Source of the DNA: an uncultured Actinomycetes bacterium
GTDB taxonomy: Bacteria; Actinomycetota; Thermoleophilia; RBG-16-64-13
Assembly: GCA_963706025.1 (NCBI GenBank)
Contig: CAVPLM010000003.1
Location: forward strand, 32,001-96,000
Direction: 5' to 3'
DNA length: 64,000 nt
The notes under the pieces were generated by a model. The model did no database searches and had not been told where the DNA came from. It saw only the letters and a program-made list of their open reading frames with translations. How positions within the stretch are numbered: the first letter of the stretch is position 1; each line of letters starts with the position of its first letter. A program made the position numbers and the translations under genes. Below are positions 41,968-52,465 of the stretch, piece by piece.

Positions 41968-42474
41968 TCAACCGGAAGTGGCGATGCGGGGCGGCATCCG
42001 CTTTACCAGCCGGATCACACTCCCTTCGGCGTCGTTGTCCGTCTGCTCCATGGAGTCGACCAGAGCCCGGATGATAGTAAGCCCCAGCCCTCCGCCGCTC
42101 ATGGGGTCACAGAGACTCGAGGGCGAGATACGATGGCGCCGGTCGGGATCGAAGACAGTGATCTCCCAGGCCTCCGGCGACAAGTAGAAGTCCACACGCA
42201 GGGACGATGCCGGCTCTTCCAGGCCCTCCCCTTCGCGTTCCCCTTCGTCAGGAGGAACACATCCGTCCGTGTCACCGAGAAAGCAGTTGCAGGCCTCGGT
42301 GACCACCACCTTGAGGTCGGCTATCGACTCTTCGTCGAGCGCCTCGTGCGTCCCCAGGGCCCCTACCACCAAACGGCACAGAGCTACGTATTCCGGCCTG
42401 CTGGGGATCGTGAGCGATAGGGGCCGCTGTGCACCCGCTCGTTCATCGGTTCGTTGTTCGGCCTCTCGCGCCAT
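41968..42474 (-). CDS. RsbW-like anti-sigma factor / HATPase_c protein
   Basis: LTIPSRPEYVALCRL, DLKVVVTEACN, GGLGLTIIRALVD, IRLVKR. Confidence 0.88.
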   Translation of the reverse strand: MAREAEQRTDERAGAQRPLSLTIPSRPEYVALCRLVVGALGTHEALDEESIADLKVVVTEACNCFLGDTDGCVPPDEGEREGEGLEEPASSLRVDFYLSPEAWEITVFDPDRRHRISPSSLCDPMSGGGLGLTIIRALVDSMEQTDNDAEGSVIRLVKRMPPRIATSG

Positions 42475-42575
42475 GGTTGAAGCTTCCCCAAGGCTGCGGG
42501 CTCCTAAACCGGACTTCGGCATCGATGACCCGCGCGACCTACGTCCACCGGGAAGCCAGGAAGCGGCTTTGGGGC

Positions 42576-43616
42576 CTAATCCCAGGCCTGGACCACCCCC
42601 AGCACCCCCAGGTCTTCCCCGCAAGTGGTACACAGCCCCCGTTCGACCCAGAGCTTCTCGATCTTGTGCTCGCCCCGTTGGATCACCGTGCGCCCACAGG
42701 CCGGACAGATGGTGTTCCGCGCAGGGTGACCCTGCACATTGCCGATGTAGACGAACCGCAGTCCGGCCGCCTTGCCCAGCGTCACGCCCCGCTCCAGTGC
42801 CTTGATCGGCGTAGGGGGAAGGTAGGAAAGCTCGAAATCCGGGAGAAAGCGGGTCACATGCCAGGGAGTCCCTGCTCCCAACTGCCCGCGCACCCAGCCG
42901 GCCATGGCCTTGAGACTGGCGTCGTCGTCGTTCAACCCCGGGACGATGTTGGAGACCACCTCTACGTGGCATCCGTGCTTCTGCCTGGCCCTTACCGCCG
43001 CTGCCAGAGCCGGGGTGGGATCCTTGACCTTGGTAAGACGGGCCCACCCTTCTGCCGTAGCCGCTTTGAGATCGAACTTGAAGGCGTCGACGACCGGGGC
43101 CACGTAGTCGAGAGCCGACTCGGCGACATAGGCCGCCGTGACGAGCGCCGTGTAGAGGCCCGCTTCCTTGAACGCCGAGCAGACATCGTGCACATACTCG
43201 ATCCAGACCACCGGGTCGTTGTAGGTGAAGGCCACGCCGGAAAGCTTGTGTTTGAGGGCCATGGCCACCGCGTCGCCGGCGGTGAGCACCGGCAACCGGG
43301 CCGTCTCTGTGCGGGCGCTGGCATGCGAAATCTGCCAGTTCTGGCAGCCGCTGCAGAGCACGTTGCAGCCGTAACTGCCGAGAGAGAGCGCGCGGGTGCC
43401 GGGGTGGAAGTGAAAGAACGGCTTCTTCTCGATCTCGTCGCTGATGATGGTCGCCGGCCGGTCGTAGGTGAGGCTGACCATCCGGCCGGCGCGCACTCCT
43501 CGCGCCCTGCACAGCCCCTCCGCATTCTCAGCCACCAGGCAATAGTGGGGACACAGCGTGCACCGGATCTTGTCGCCGCCGGCGTCTTCCCAGAAAAGAG
43601 CCTCGCCCGCGCTCAA
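42576..43616 (-). CDS. amrS: AmmeMemoRadiSam system radical SAM enzyme
   Basis: CTLCPHYC, IEKKPFFHFHPG, CNVLCSGCQNWQIS, FTYNDP, WHVTRF, YIGNV, TICPACG. Confidence 0.92.
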   Translation of the reverse strand: MSAGEALFWEDAGGDKIRCTLCPHYCLVAENAEGLCRARGVRAGRMVSLTYDRPATIISDEIEKKPFFHFHPGTRALSLGSYGCNVLCSGCQNWQISHASARTETARLPVLTAGDAVAMALKHKLSGVAFTYNDPVVWIEYVHDVCSAFKEAGLYTALVTAAYVAESALDYVAPVVDAFKFDLKAATAEGWARLTKVKDPTPALAAAVRARQKHGCHVEVVSNIVPGLNDDDASLKAMAGWVRGQLGAGTPWHVTRFLPDFELSYLPPTPIKALERGVTLGKAAGLRFVYIGNVQGHPARNTICPACGRTVIQRGEHKIEKLWVERGLCTTCGEDLGVLGVVQAWD

Positions 43617-43987
43617 CGCCCGCCGTCCTCTCCGGAATCGGCGCGCACCCGCGGATCGGTGTCCCTTTCGACCACCAGGAGCACTGCCGCGGACGCAAAC
43701 CCGCGCGCCGCGGACGCAAGGCCGCCTGCCGCGGCCGGGAACGACATCGCACCGACCGGGTCTTCTGATAGTGGATCTTCTGCTGAGGCCATGGGGCTCA
43801 TAATAGGTGGCCAAGTATACGCTCGCCGCGCTCGCGGCCTCCGAACGCGCCGAATAGTTAGACAGACTGGACCAAACCGTGATATTCATTCATAGTGGGT
43901 TTTGGTCAAGTGAATCGGGGGGTCCGGGTTTTCCTGCGAAGTAGTACTTTCGTCGGCGCCCGGTCACAGAATCAGGAGGTGGGAGCG

Positions 43988-44885
43988 TTGAAAAGGAAAC
44001 ATGTCCTATTGATCGCACTGGTCGTGCTGGTGCTGACTTTGGTCCCGGTCCTGTCCGCCTGCGGGGATGAGGAGGAGACGACGACCACAGCCGCCGCGAC
44101 AGAGACAACGGCGGCCGGGACTGAGACCACAGCCGCCGGTGACGACGCGGCCGCTATCGCGGACGCGGCCATCGCCGCGGTGACCAAGTCCGATGCCATC
44201 GAGACGCCCAAGACCATCACCGCGGGTAAGCTTCAGGCCGGGTCGGACACTGTCTTCGCCCCCATGGAATTCTCCGACGAGAAGGGGGGCTACATAGGGT
44301 TCGACGTGGATCTGTGCACTGCTCTGGCCAAGAAGATGGGCCTGGAGCTCGAGGTGGTCTCGACTGCTTGGGATGGCCTCATCTCGGGCCTGCTGGGGGA
44401 CCGTTGGGACATAATCATGTCGGGAATGAGCATAACTGAGGAGCGGCTGAAGGAAATCAACTTCACCGACCCGTACCTGCCGACCAACCTTGCGATCACC
44501 ACCAGAGTCGATGCCCCAATCGCCGACGCGGCAGGGCCTGGTCGGCAAGATAGTCGGTGTACAGGTCAACACCACGGGGCAGTTCGCGGTCGAGGAAATC
44601 GCCGGGGTCAAGGAGATCAAGAAGTACGACGACAGCCTGCTGGCAATCCAAGAACTACTGGCCGGGCGTGTGGACGCCGTGGTCAATGATTCCCCCGTGA
44701 ACTCGTACTACATCGCGGGCAAGCCGGAGTTTGCCAACACCGGCAAGATAGGAACGGATGACAACTACGGCTTCGGCATCAAGAAGGAGAACACCGACCT
44801 CCTTGCCGCGATGAACGCGGCGCTCGGGGAGCTCAAGGCCGACGGAGTCTACGACAAGATCCACGCCAAGTGGTTCGGCGAATGA
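43988..44885 (+). CDS. Polar amino acid ABC transporter substrate-binding lipoprotein (+1 insertion near 44534)
   Basis: Lipobox LSAC, Thr/Ala linker, GFDVD, WDGLI, SITEER, GVQVNTTG, GRVDAVVND. Confidence 0.9.
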
Positions 44886-44913
44886 TACGGAGGGACGAAA
44901 GAGCCTGAGTCTG

Positions 44914-44955
44914 ACGGGGGCCGGCCCCAAGCATCCGGCCCCCGTTTCGTCTTCT
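44914..44955 (+). terminator. Intercistronic stem-loop after the substrate-binding gene
   Basis: ACGGGGGCCGG-10 nt-CCGGCCCCCGT followed by TTCGTCTTCT. Confidence 0.7.
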
Positions 44956-44977
44956 CGACGGATGAGAGGAGCGCCAG

Positions 44978-45751
44978 TTGGGTAATCTGATCGAATACTA
45001 CTTCAACCCGGAAATCTTCAGAGAGTCCCTCTGGCTGCTCATCAAGACCCTGCCTATAGTGTTCGAGGTGCTCGTCATGGGCCTCGTTCTCTCCTACGCC
45101 TGGGGCTTGCTGCTCGCACTGATGCGTCTGTCGCGCGTTGGGGTTGTCAACAAGGTGGCGGGTGCCTACATCGATTTCTTCCGCGGCTTGCCTCTGCTTC
45201 TGCTGTTCATCTTCATCTACTACGGCCTCGCGATTGCCGGAATCAAGCTCAGCGCCATCGCTTCCGGGGTGCTGGGGCTGACCCTCTGTTACGGCGCCTA
45301 TTCGGCCGAGATCTTCCGAGCGGGCATCCAGGCCATCCCCAAAGGCCAGATGGAGGCGGCGCGCTCACTCGGCATGACCGGCAGCCAAGCGATGCTCAAT
45401 GTCATACTGCCCCAGGCAATCAAGCTTGTGATCCCGCCGTTGACGAACGAGTTCATCGCCATGATCAAGGACACCTCTCTGATGTCGGTGATCGCCGTTC
45501 CGGAACTGCTCTTCACAGCCAAGGAGAAGATGGGGGTGACCGCCAATCCGACCCCTCTCACTGTGGCGGCGATCATCTACGTCGTCTTCACCATACCGCT
45601 GATCCGGGTAGCCGCACGTCTCGAGACCCGAAGGAGAAAGCCGCGGCCACCGGACCGGCCGGCAACGGCAGGCGACATCTCCCCCGAAGCGGAGGCGCAG
45701 CTTCATTCCGCTGATATCGCCGGGCAAATGCCCAAGGGAGGGTATGGGTGA
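44978..45751 (+). CDS. Polar amino acid ABC transporter permease
   Basis: [30 protein letters not shown] (EAA loop), IKDTSL. Confidence 0.95.
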   Translation: MGNLIEYYFNPEIFRESLWLLIKTLPIVFEVLVMGLVLSYAWGLLLALMRLSRVGVVNKVAGAYIDFFRGLPLLLLFIFIYYGLAIAGIKLSAIASGVLGLTLCYGAYSAEIFRAGIQAIPKGQMEAARSLGMTGSQAMLNVILPQAIKLVIPPLTNEFIAMIKDTSLMSVIAVPELLFTAKEKMGVTANPTPLTVAAIIYVVFTIPLIRVAARLETRRRKPRPPDRPATAGDISPEAEAQLHSADIAGQMPKGGYG

Positions 45752-46487
45752 GACTTTGACTGCGATGATCGAGCTCATTGACGTTCACAAATCCTTCGGG
45801 CAGCTGGAGGTGCTCAAGGGGGTGGACCTCACTGTCACCAAGAAGGAAGTGGTCGTGGTCATCGGTGTGTCCGGATCAGGCAAGTCGACCATGCTGCGCT
45901 GCATAAACGGGTTGGAGCCGATCCAGAAGGGCAAAGTACTCATCGAGGGCGAGGATCTCCACGGCCCACACACCGATCCCAACAAGATCCGCCAGCGCAT
46001 CGGTATGGTCTTCCAGAGCTTCAATCTCTTCCCTCACAAGAACGCCTTGCAGAACGTGATGATGGCCCCGCTCAAAGTCCAGAAGAAACCAAAAGAGGAG
46101 GTCGAGCAGATCGCGCATGATCTCCTCATCAAAGTGGGTCTGGCCGAGAAGGCCGATGCGTACCCGGACGAGCTCTCTGGGGGCCAGCAGCAGCGGGTCG
46201 CCATCGCCCGCGCCCTGGCCATGCAGCCGGACATGATGCTGTTCGACGAGGTGACCTCCGCCCTGGACCCCGAACTGGTTGCCGAGGTGCTGACCGTCAT
46301 GCAGCTCCTGGCCGAAGCCGGCATGACCATGGTGGTGGTGACACACGAGATGGGCTTCGCCCGCGAGGTGGGTTCGAGGCTGATCTTCATGGACGGCGGC
46401 GTGATCGTCGAAGAGGGCGACCCTCGGGAGATGATCGTGAACCCCAAGGAGCCGCGCACGCAGAAGTTCCTGAGCATGGTGCTCTAG
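45744..46487 (+). CDS. Polar amino acid ABC transporter ATP-binding protein (GlnQ-like)
   Basis: [41 protein letters not shown]. Confidence 0.96.
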   Translation: MGETLTAMIELIDVHKSFGQLEVLKGVDLTVTKKEVVVVIGVSGSGKSTMLRCINGLEPIQKGKVLIEGEDLHGPHTDPNKIRQRIGMVFQSFNLFPHKNALQNVMMAPLKVQKKPKEEVEQIAHDLLIKVGLAEKADAYPDELSGGQQQRVAIARALAMQPDMMLFDEVTSALDPELVAEVLTVMQLLAEAGMTMVVVTHEMGFAREVGSRLIFMDGGVIVEEGDPREMIVNPKEPRTQKFLSMVL

Positions 46488-46541
46488 GGAGCGGGCGCAG
46501 AAGCCGGCCCGCGTTCATCCGGTGCGCTGTCACCGGCGGCG

Positions 46542-47301
46542 CTACGGTTCCTTCGACTCCTCCACCGCCAGCTCGTCGACAACCGGCTGGTCCACGACCG
46601 GCTTCTCGGCCCCGGCTCCAGTTCGTGTTCCCCGGTCGCAGGCTCGTCCAACCCCGACTCCCCTGGCGGCCGGGTCGGCCGACGCCGGCGCCAGCGCACG
46701 AGTCCCCAGGCGATGAGCGCTACCACGACCACGCCCAGCACTATGTAGAAGATGTGGTTGTAGCGGCTGAATTGCTCCTGCAGCCTTGCCCCAGGGATCT
46801 TCACCGGCCGCTTTGCCGGCCACGTAGCCCAGGTAGGCGAGACGCGGCGTTCCAGGGGATGGAGCCTAGAGCTGAATAGAGCAAGAACTTGCCGAACGGC
46901 ATCCGGGCTATACCCGCCGGCAGAGAGATGAAGGTGCGCACTCCCGGCATCATGCGGGTGAAGAAGACCGTCACCTCCCCGTGTCGATCGAACCAGCGCT
47001 CGGCCTTGTCCAGGTGGTGGGGGGACACGAGAACGTAGCGGCCGTATCTCAGGAATAGCGCCCGTCCCCCATAGCGCCCTACGGCGTAAGCGATGCTCGA
47101 GCCGATCAGGTTCGCGACTGTGGCCACCGTAATGACCATCCAGAGCTCCGTGTGGCCCTGAGCGGCCAGGAATCCCCCGTAGGGGACGACGATCTCGCTG
47201 GGTATGGGGATGCAGGCGCTCTCGGCCGTCATCGTCAGAAAGACGATCAGAAGACCGTAGTTCTCCAACAGAGGGATGAGCCAGTCCTGGAAGAAACTCA
47301 T
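46542..47301 (-). CDS. DedA-family membrane protein (2-3 +1 insertions near 46845, 46785 and possibly 46610)
   Basis: ESACIPIPSE, YAVGRYGG, FDRHG, RMMPGVRTFISLPAG; final TM helix lies in a shifted frame. Confidence 0.88.
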
Positions 47302-47411
47302 GGCCGGCTATTCTACAGGAGGCCGCGTCAGATCGACGCGAGACATGGTGGCTACCCGGGCTCTCGGACGATGCCCCGGAGTCGGGTCCCGGGTCGTGCC
47401 GAAGGGGTGGC

Positions 47412-47939
47412 CTAGAAACCTGCATTGTCGAGCGTCCGCTGCATATTGTCCCAGTGAGTAGCCGGCCAGGTGACCCGGTCGCAGGTGGGACAGTACGTGA
47501 ACCTGGTCTGAGTCTGAGCCACGTAGCGCGGGACACGTTCTCTCACCTCGTACGGGGCGCGCAGTTCGAGCCGACCGTTGCAGACCAGGCACCGAGGTTC
47601 GCCTCGGCGCCGCAGTCCCTCCTCGGAGCGGAGTTGCTGCAGTTGCTCGGCAAGAAGATCCGCGCGCACCAGGACGGCCCGCACGTGGCCGCGCCGAACG
47701 GGCCGGCGCTCCACGAGCAGAGTGTCGCGGGTGAGGACGACCCGGTCCTCCTCAGCAGCGCGCGCAAGCACCGCCGCCGGGGCCCCGGACCGGTCCCAAA
47801 CCGTGTCGTATCCCAGCAGACGCAGCCAGCGCACCAGCCGGCCCAGCGTGCGGTCTACGAGAAACCGTGATGGCTCCATGCTCGCGCCCGCCGGCGCATC
47901 CTCGCGGATGTCGCCAATGGCATCCTCCGTGCCCGCCAT
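47412..47939 (-). CDS. Stand-alone Mut7-C (PIN-like) RNase domain protein
   Basis: FLVDRTLGRLVRWLRLLGYD, VLTRD, RCLVCN, CPTCDRVTWPATH. Confidence 0.88.
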   Translation of the reverse strand: MAGTEDAIGDIREDAPAGASMEPSRFLVDRTLGRLVRWLRLLGYDTVWDRSGAPAAVLARAAEEDRVVLTRDTLLVERRPVRRGHVRAVLVRADLLAEQLQQLRSEEGLRRRGEPRCLVCNGRLELRAPYEVRERVPRYVAQTQTRFTYCPTCDRVTWPATHWDNMQRTLDNAGF

Positions 47940-47959
47940 GCCGCCACCCAGGTCCGGCC

Positions 47960-48298
47960 TCAGAAGGGCCCCTCCAGTCGTCTCAGTGCCTGTTCGAAGC
48001 ATTCTCGCAGCCGGTCCTCGACATCCTCGTAGTCTACGTATTCGGGCGCGGTCTCGTAACCTCTCCGGCGGTGCCGCAGATCCTGCTCCACCTGACCGGC
48101 CAGATGCGTGGTCTCGTCGTCCAACCGGCGCATGAACTCGTCCGGACCCAGCTGCTCAAGGAGAGCCGATAGATAGGCGAGGCATGCGGTGAAGGCCTCG
48201 GTGGGATCGGCGATACCCGCCGACGGCAGTTCCAAGAAATAGTCGGCGAAGGCCCGTTTGAACGCCAGCCGCGCCTCTTGCGGAGAACCTTGGGCCAT
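47960..48298 (-). CDS. Hypothetical helical protein
   Basis: 112-aa ORF in an apparent operon with its neighbours; TAAGG before ATG. Confidence 0.6.
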   Translation of the reverse strand: MAQGSPQEARLAFKRAFADYFLELPSAGIADPTEAFTACLAYLSALLEQLGPDEFMRRLDDETTHLAGQVEQDLRHRRRGYETAPEYVDYEDVEDRLRECFEQALRRLEGPF

Positions 48299-48305
48299 GG
48301 AGACC

Positions 48306-48785
48306 TTACGGGGTGTAGGCCACCTCGCGCCAAGAAGGATGAGGGGGCGGACCTATGTGGCGGGAGCGGTGACCGGTGGGGAAGTAGACGAAAGAACCCG
48401 ATTCATCGTCGAACGCGACCTCGAGTTGTCCTTCGATCAAGCGCAGATCGAGCCACGCACCGCGAAAGACCAGCTCGCGGAGCCAGTACACCAGGCATTC
48501 CCCGTGCAGGGTGAGCACCTCTTCGCCTCGTTGGAGAAGATACTCTCCCAGTGGGCTGACGGGGAATTCGATGCCGCCCGCGGCCACCAACTGCACCAGA
48601 TCTGCCCGTTCGTCCTGGCGCAGCGTGCCAGGATCGACCAGTCCCAGCTCCACGGCGGCCATCTCCACCCGTTGGGAGAAGTCCACGCTATTGAACCCAT
48701 AGCGGAAGCTGCGGAACTCGAGGACGTAGTCCTCGCCGGATGAGTAGTTGGGATGGGTGTGCCGGTTCTCGGGCGCCATTGACAT
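48306..48785 (-). CDS. Hypothetical protein
   Basis: Protein-like composition from ATG 48785 (HPNYSSGEDYVLEF...YWLRELVFRGAWLD); GGGGG RBS and TACAAT upstream. Confidence 0.7.
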   Translation of the reverse strand: MSMAPENRHTHPNYSSGEDYVLEFRSFRYGFNSVDFSQRVEMAAVELGLVDPGTLRQDERADLVQLVAAGGIEFPVSPLGEYLLQRGEEVLTLHGECLVYWLRELVFRGAWLDLRLIEGQLEVAFDDESGSFVYFPTGHRSRHIGPPPHPSWREVAYTP

Positions 48786-48902
48786 CCCCCGGAACGTTCG
48801 CTCGATCGCTGCTTCATTATTGTAGCAAGGAGAGAGGCCCGCTGTGACCAGAGCCCCACGTGCTCGCTTGTGCGAGTAGCGGCGACGATTCATAATGAGG
48901 CC

Positions 48903-49613
48903 ATGAAAGCACCGACACGCCTGATCGCGACCGCGCTCGTTTCTTTCCTGCTGGTAGCCGCCCTGACCGGGGTGACTGCTTGTGACGACACGAGCAGCGA
49001 CGTCGACCCGGACGCTGTCCTCGCCCAGGCCTCGGCCAACATGAAGGAGATCGCGGGCTTTCACTTCGTCTACGAGGTGCACCAGCCGTCATCGGCGGAG
49101 CCCGGCTCCGGCCTCTACATCGCCCGCATCACCGGTGACGTCAACTCCGAGGGCAGCATGCAGGGCACCGTCGACGCCACCTTCGGCGGCATCCCCGTGT
49201 CGATCGGGCTCGTGGTCATCGGCGATACATACTACATCCAAGACCCTTTGTCGAAGAAATGGCAGACTCTCGCGGCAGCGGACAGCCCGGTGGGCAAGCT
49301 GAACCTCCAGGCGGGGACCATCCAGATCCTCGAGCGCATCACCGACACCTCCTATGAGGGCACGGAGAGCAAGGGCGGTACCGAGACCTACCACATCAGC
49401 GGCAAGGTCGCGGCCGAAGAGGTGAAGGCGATCGCGGGACTCGTGGACACTACCGACAGCTTCCCCACGGATATCTGGGTAGGTGTCGAAGACTACCTGG
49501 TTTACGAAGTCGACATCGAAGGAGCGGCGACCCCTAACGAGGATCCCGATATCTGGCGGAGCATCATTCTCTCCGATCTGGACGTCTTCGTAGACATCCA
49601 ACCGCCGCAATAG
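48903..49613 (+). CDS. LppX/LprAFG-family lipoprotein
   Basis: Lipobox VTAC, GFHF, VVIGDTYY, GTETYHISG, IWVG, terminal VDIQPP; CATAAT 6 nt before ATG. Confidence 0.82.
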   Translation: MKAPTRLIATALVSFLLVAALTGVTACDDTSSDVDPDAVLAQASANMKEIAGFHFVYEVHQPSSAEPGSGLYIARITGDVNSEGSMQGTVDATFGGIPVSIGLVVIGDTYYIQDPLSKKWQTLAAADSPVGKLNLQAGTIQILERITDTSYEGTESKGGTETYHISGKVAAEEVKAIAGLVDTTDSFPTDIWVGVEDYLVYEVDIEGAATPNEDPDIWRSIILSDLDVFVDIQPPQ

Positions 49614-49615
49614 TC

Positions 49616-51239
49616 GTGGAAACGCAGGCGGCCATGATCGAGGCCGTACCCACGCGAGTCCCCCGCAGGGCGATTCTCGCCATGGCAGCTTTGTGCGTGG
49701 CCGTGTTCGTCGCCGCCCTCGATCAGACCATGGTCCTCACGGTCATGCCGGCCATGATGGTGTCCTTCTACATCGATCTGGCCCGCATCAACGACGCCGG
49801 CTGGATCATCACCGGCTACCTCCTCGGCTACACGATAGCGATGCCGCTGTTCGGCCGCCTGGCCGACGTGTACGGGCGGCGCTCCATGTGCATCGTGGCC
49901 TTGGGGCTGTTCATGATAGGGAGCGCATTCTGCGTCGTCCTCACCCAACTTGATCTATTCGTCGCCGCCCGGGTGGTGCAGGCGATGGGTGGAGGGGCTC
50001 TGGTGCCCATCGCCATGGCCGCAGCCGCCGACATGTTCCCTGTGGAGCGGCGGGCTCTCATCCTCGGCATCATCGGCGGGTCCGCCGAGGCGGGCGGGGT
50101 CCTAGGCCCCATATACGGAGCTTCTCTGGCCCTCTTGTGGAACTGGCGTCTGATCTTCTTGGTCAACATACCCTTGTGTCTGTTCCTCATCGCGGTCTGC
50201 TGGCGACTGCTGCGGCCGGGAGCGATACCCAGCCAACGGGACGATCGCGGCGAAGCCGTGGAGCTGGAACCCATCCCAGGGAGCGGGAAGACCCGGTGGT
50301 GGCAGAAAGGACGGGTCGACTACGTCGGAGCCGCTCTGATGGCCCTCGCTCTCGCCGGGGTCACCATCGGGCTGGGCACGGGTACCCAGACGGTGGGCGC
50401 CGGCAACGCGACCGCGTCGACACCGGTGCGGTGGCCCTGGCTGGTGGTAAGCGCCGCAGCCTTCGTCGCCTTCGTGCTTTTCGAGCGGCGCCACCCGAGA
50501 CCCCTCATCCGCCTGGACTTCTTCAAGCGCCCGCCCTTCGCCGCCGCCAACATCGCCCACTTCCTCGTGGGCGCAGCCTCTGATCATCGGGATGGTGGAG
50601 ATACCCCTCTATGCGTATACGCTCTTCGGCATGACGCAGATCGAAGGGGGCCTGCTTCTCATCCGCTTGACGCTCATGATCCCGGTGGGAGCGGTGATCG
50701 GAGGGTGGCTGGCGGACTACGTCGGTTACCGGGCTACGGCCGTGCTGGGGTTCCTCATCACTTGCGGGGGCTATCTGCTGGTCAGCCGCTGGCCACTCGA
50801 GCCGACCGGGCTCACCATGACCAGAGACCTGATGATCAGTGGGTTCGGCTTCGGCCTGGTGGTCGGCCCCATCGGCGCCACCGCCATATCCTCAGTGGGT
50901 AGGCGGTGGATGACCACGGGGTCGGCGCTGGTGACCGTCTCGCGCATGATCGGCATGGTGGTGGGTCTCTCCGCCCTTAGCTCGTGGGGGGTCCGTCGCT
51001 TCAACGCCCTGGTGGCGAACATCACCACTCCCATCTTCAGGCCGCCCGGCCTCACCGACGCGGAGTGGCAGGCCAGGGTCGACGCGGCCACGGCCGCCAC
51101 CAAAGCTGCCGGCCACGCCGTTTTCAGCGACTTCTTCGTCATTGCAGCTATCATCATCGGCCTGGCGGTGATCCCGGCGATGTTCTTCTACAGCAAGAAG
51201 GCCAGGGGAGCGTCGCGACTTCCCTTCTTGCCCCATTGA
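49616..51239 (+). CDS. DHA2-type MFS transporter resembling mycobacterial P55/Rv1410c (+1 insertion near 50577)
   Basis: ALDQT, YLLGYTIAMPLFGRLADVYGRR, QAMGGGALVP, EAGGVLGP, SRMIGMVVGLSALSSWG..RF; starts 3 nt after the lipoprotein gene. Confidence 0.85.
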
Positions 51240-51383
51240 CCTCGACGATCCCCCCAGCCCGCCAACACGGCGAGAGGCGCGGAAGGAGAAGGGGTGAGGT
51301 CAGGCGGCGTGAATTGAAGCGACGACTCCCTGTCCGAGCGCTCGGCTAGAATTGGCAAGACCAGCGATACGAAGCGAGGTGCC

Positions 51384-52422
51384 GTGAAGCGAAGACCAAC
51401 TCGATCTGGGAACGCCGTTCGATCCGGATCTTCCCGCCGAGCCCACGCGGGTAGCGATCTGCGACCTGTCGCCCGGCACCCTTGTGAACGGCGTCTATAT
51501 GCTTGCCGCGAGAGAGACCCGGAACACCAAAGCCGGCAAACCCTTCTTCAAGCTGCGACTCAGCGACCGCACCGGTACCATCGACTGCACGGTCTGGGAG
51601 ACCGAGGCGCTGGAACCCGGTCTCAAGCCTGGAGACCTGGTACAGGTCGCGGCCCGGGTCTCCGAGTATCTGGGCAAGCCGCAACTAGAAGCTACCGCCG
51701 TGTCTTCCGCGCCGCCCGGAGCGGCCCGGCCCCGGGATTTCCTGCCCTCCACCTACCGCGACATCGAGGAGCTGAGGGGCTTCCTACAGTTTCACATCGA
51801 TTCGGTGACCGACCGAGACTACAGCGCTCTCCTGGCCCGTTTCTTCGGAGAGGCCGGATTCATGGAGACCTTCACCACGGCGCCGGCAGCCAAGCTCTAC
51901 CATCACGCCTACCTGGGTGGATTGGTGGAGCACACCGTGGCCGTGGCCGAGATGTGTGAGTTCGTCGCTCAGCAGTACGGCCGGGTCGATCGCGATCTGC
52001 TGCTCACCGCCGCCCTCTTGCATGACGTAGGCAAGACCCAGGAACTGTCCTTTGAGACCGTGATCGATTTCACCGATTCCGGACGCTTCCTCGGTCATGT
52101 CATCCAGGGGGTCACCTTGGTGTCCGAGAGGGCCAAGGAGGTGCCGTCGTTTCCGGAGGCCAAACTCCAGCAGCTGCTCCACTGCATCGTCAGTCACCAC
52201 GGAGAGCTGGAATGGGGATCCCCCAAGCGGCCCAAGACCCTCGAAGCTCTCATACTCCACCATGTCGACAACCTCGACGCCAAGGTCAAGGGCTTCCTCG
52301 AGATCGTCGATGGATCGCGCGACGCCCCTTGGACGGATCTCCGCAACCTTTTCCGGAGGCCCTTGCACGTGCCCAAGGCGACCCATCAGGAGGACGACTT
52401 CCTGCCCCCGAGCGAAGACTAG
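51384..52422 (+). CDS. yhaM: YhaM/Cbf1-like 3'-5' exoribonuclease (OB fold plus HD); probable +1 insertion right after the start
   Basis: LSDRTG, APAAKLYHHAYLGGLVEH, LLHDVGK, GHV, SHHG, HHVDNLDAK. Confidence 0.85.
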
Positions 52423-52465
52423 CCCGAGGCGCGCGCCCGAGGGACGCGGCCGAGCGATGCGGCTC

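Noticed and set aside
51378-51392. In-frame TGA near the yhaM start as possible selenocysteine or readthrough
   Set aside because: It is not at a Cys-equivalent position and is explained by one extra A after the GTG start. I saw no in-frame TGA in the AOR or FeS genes either.
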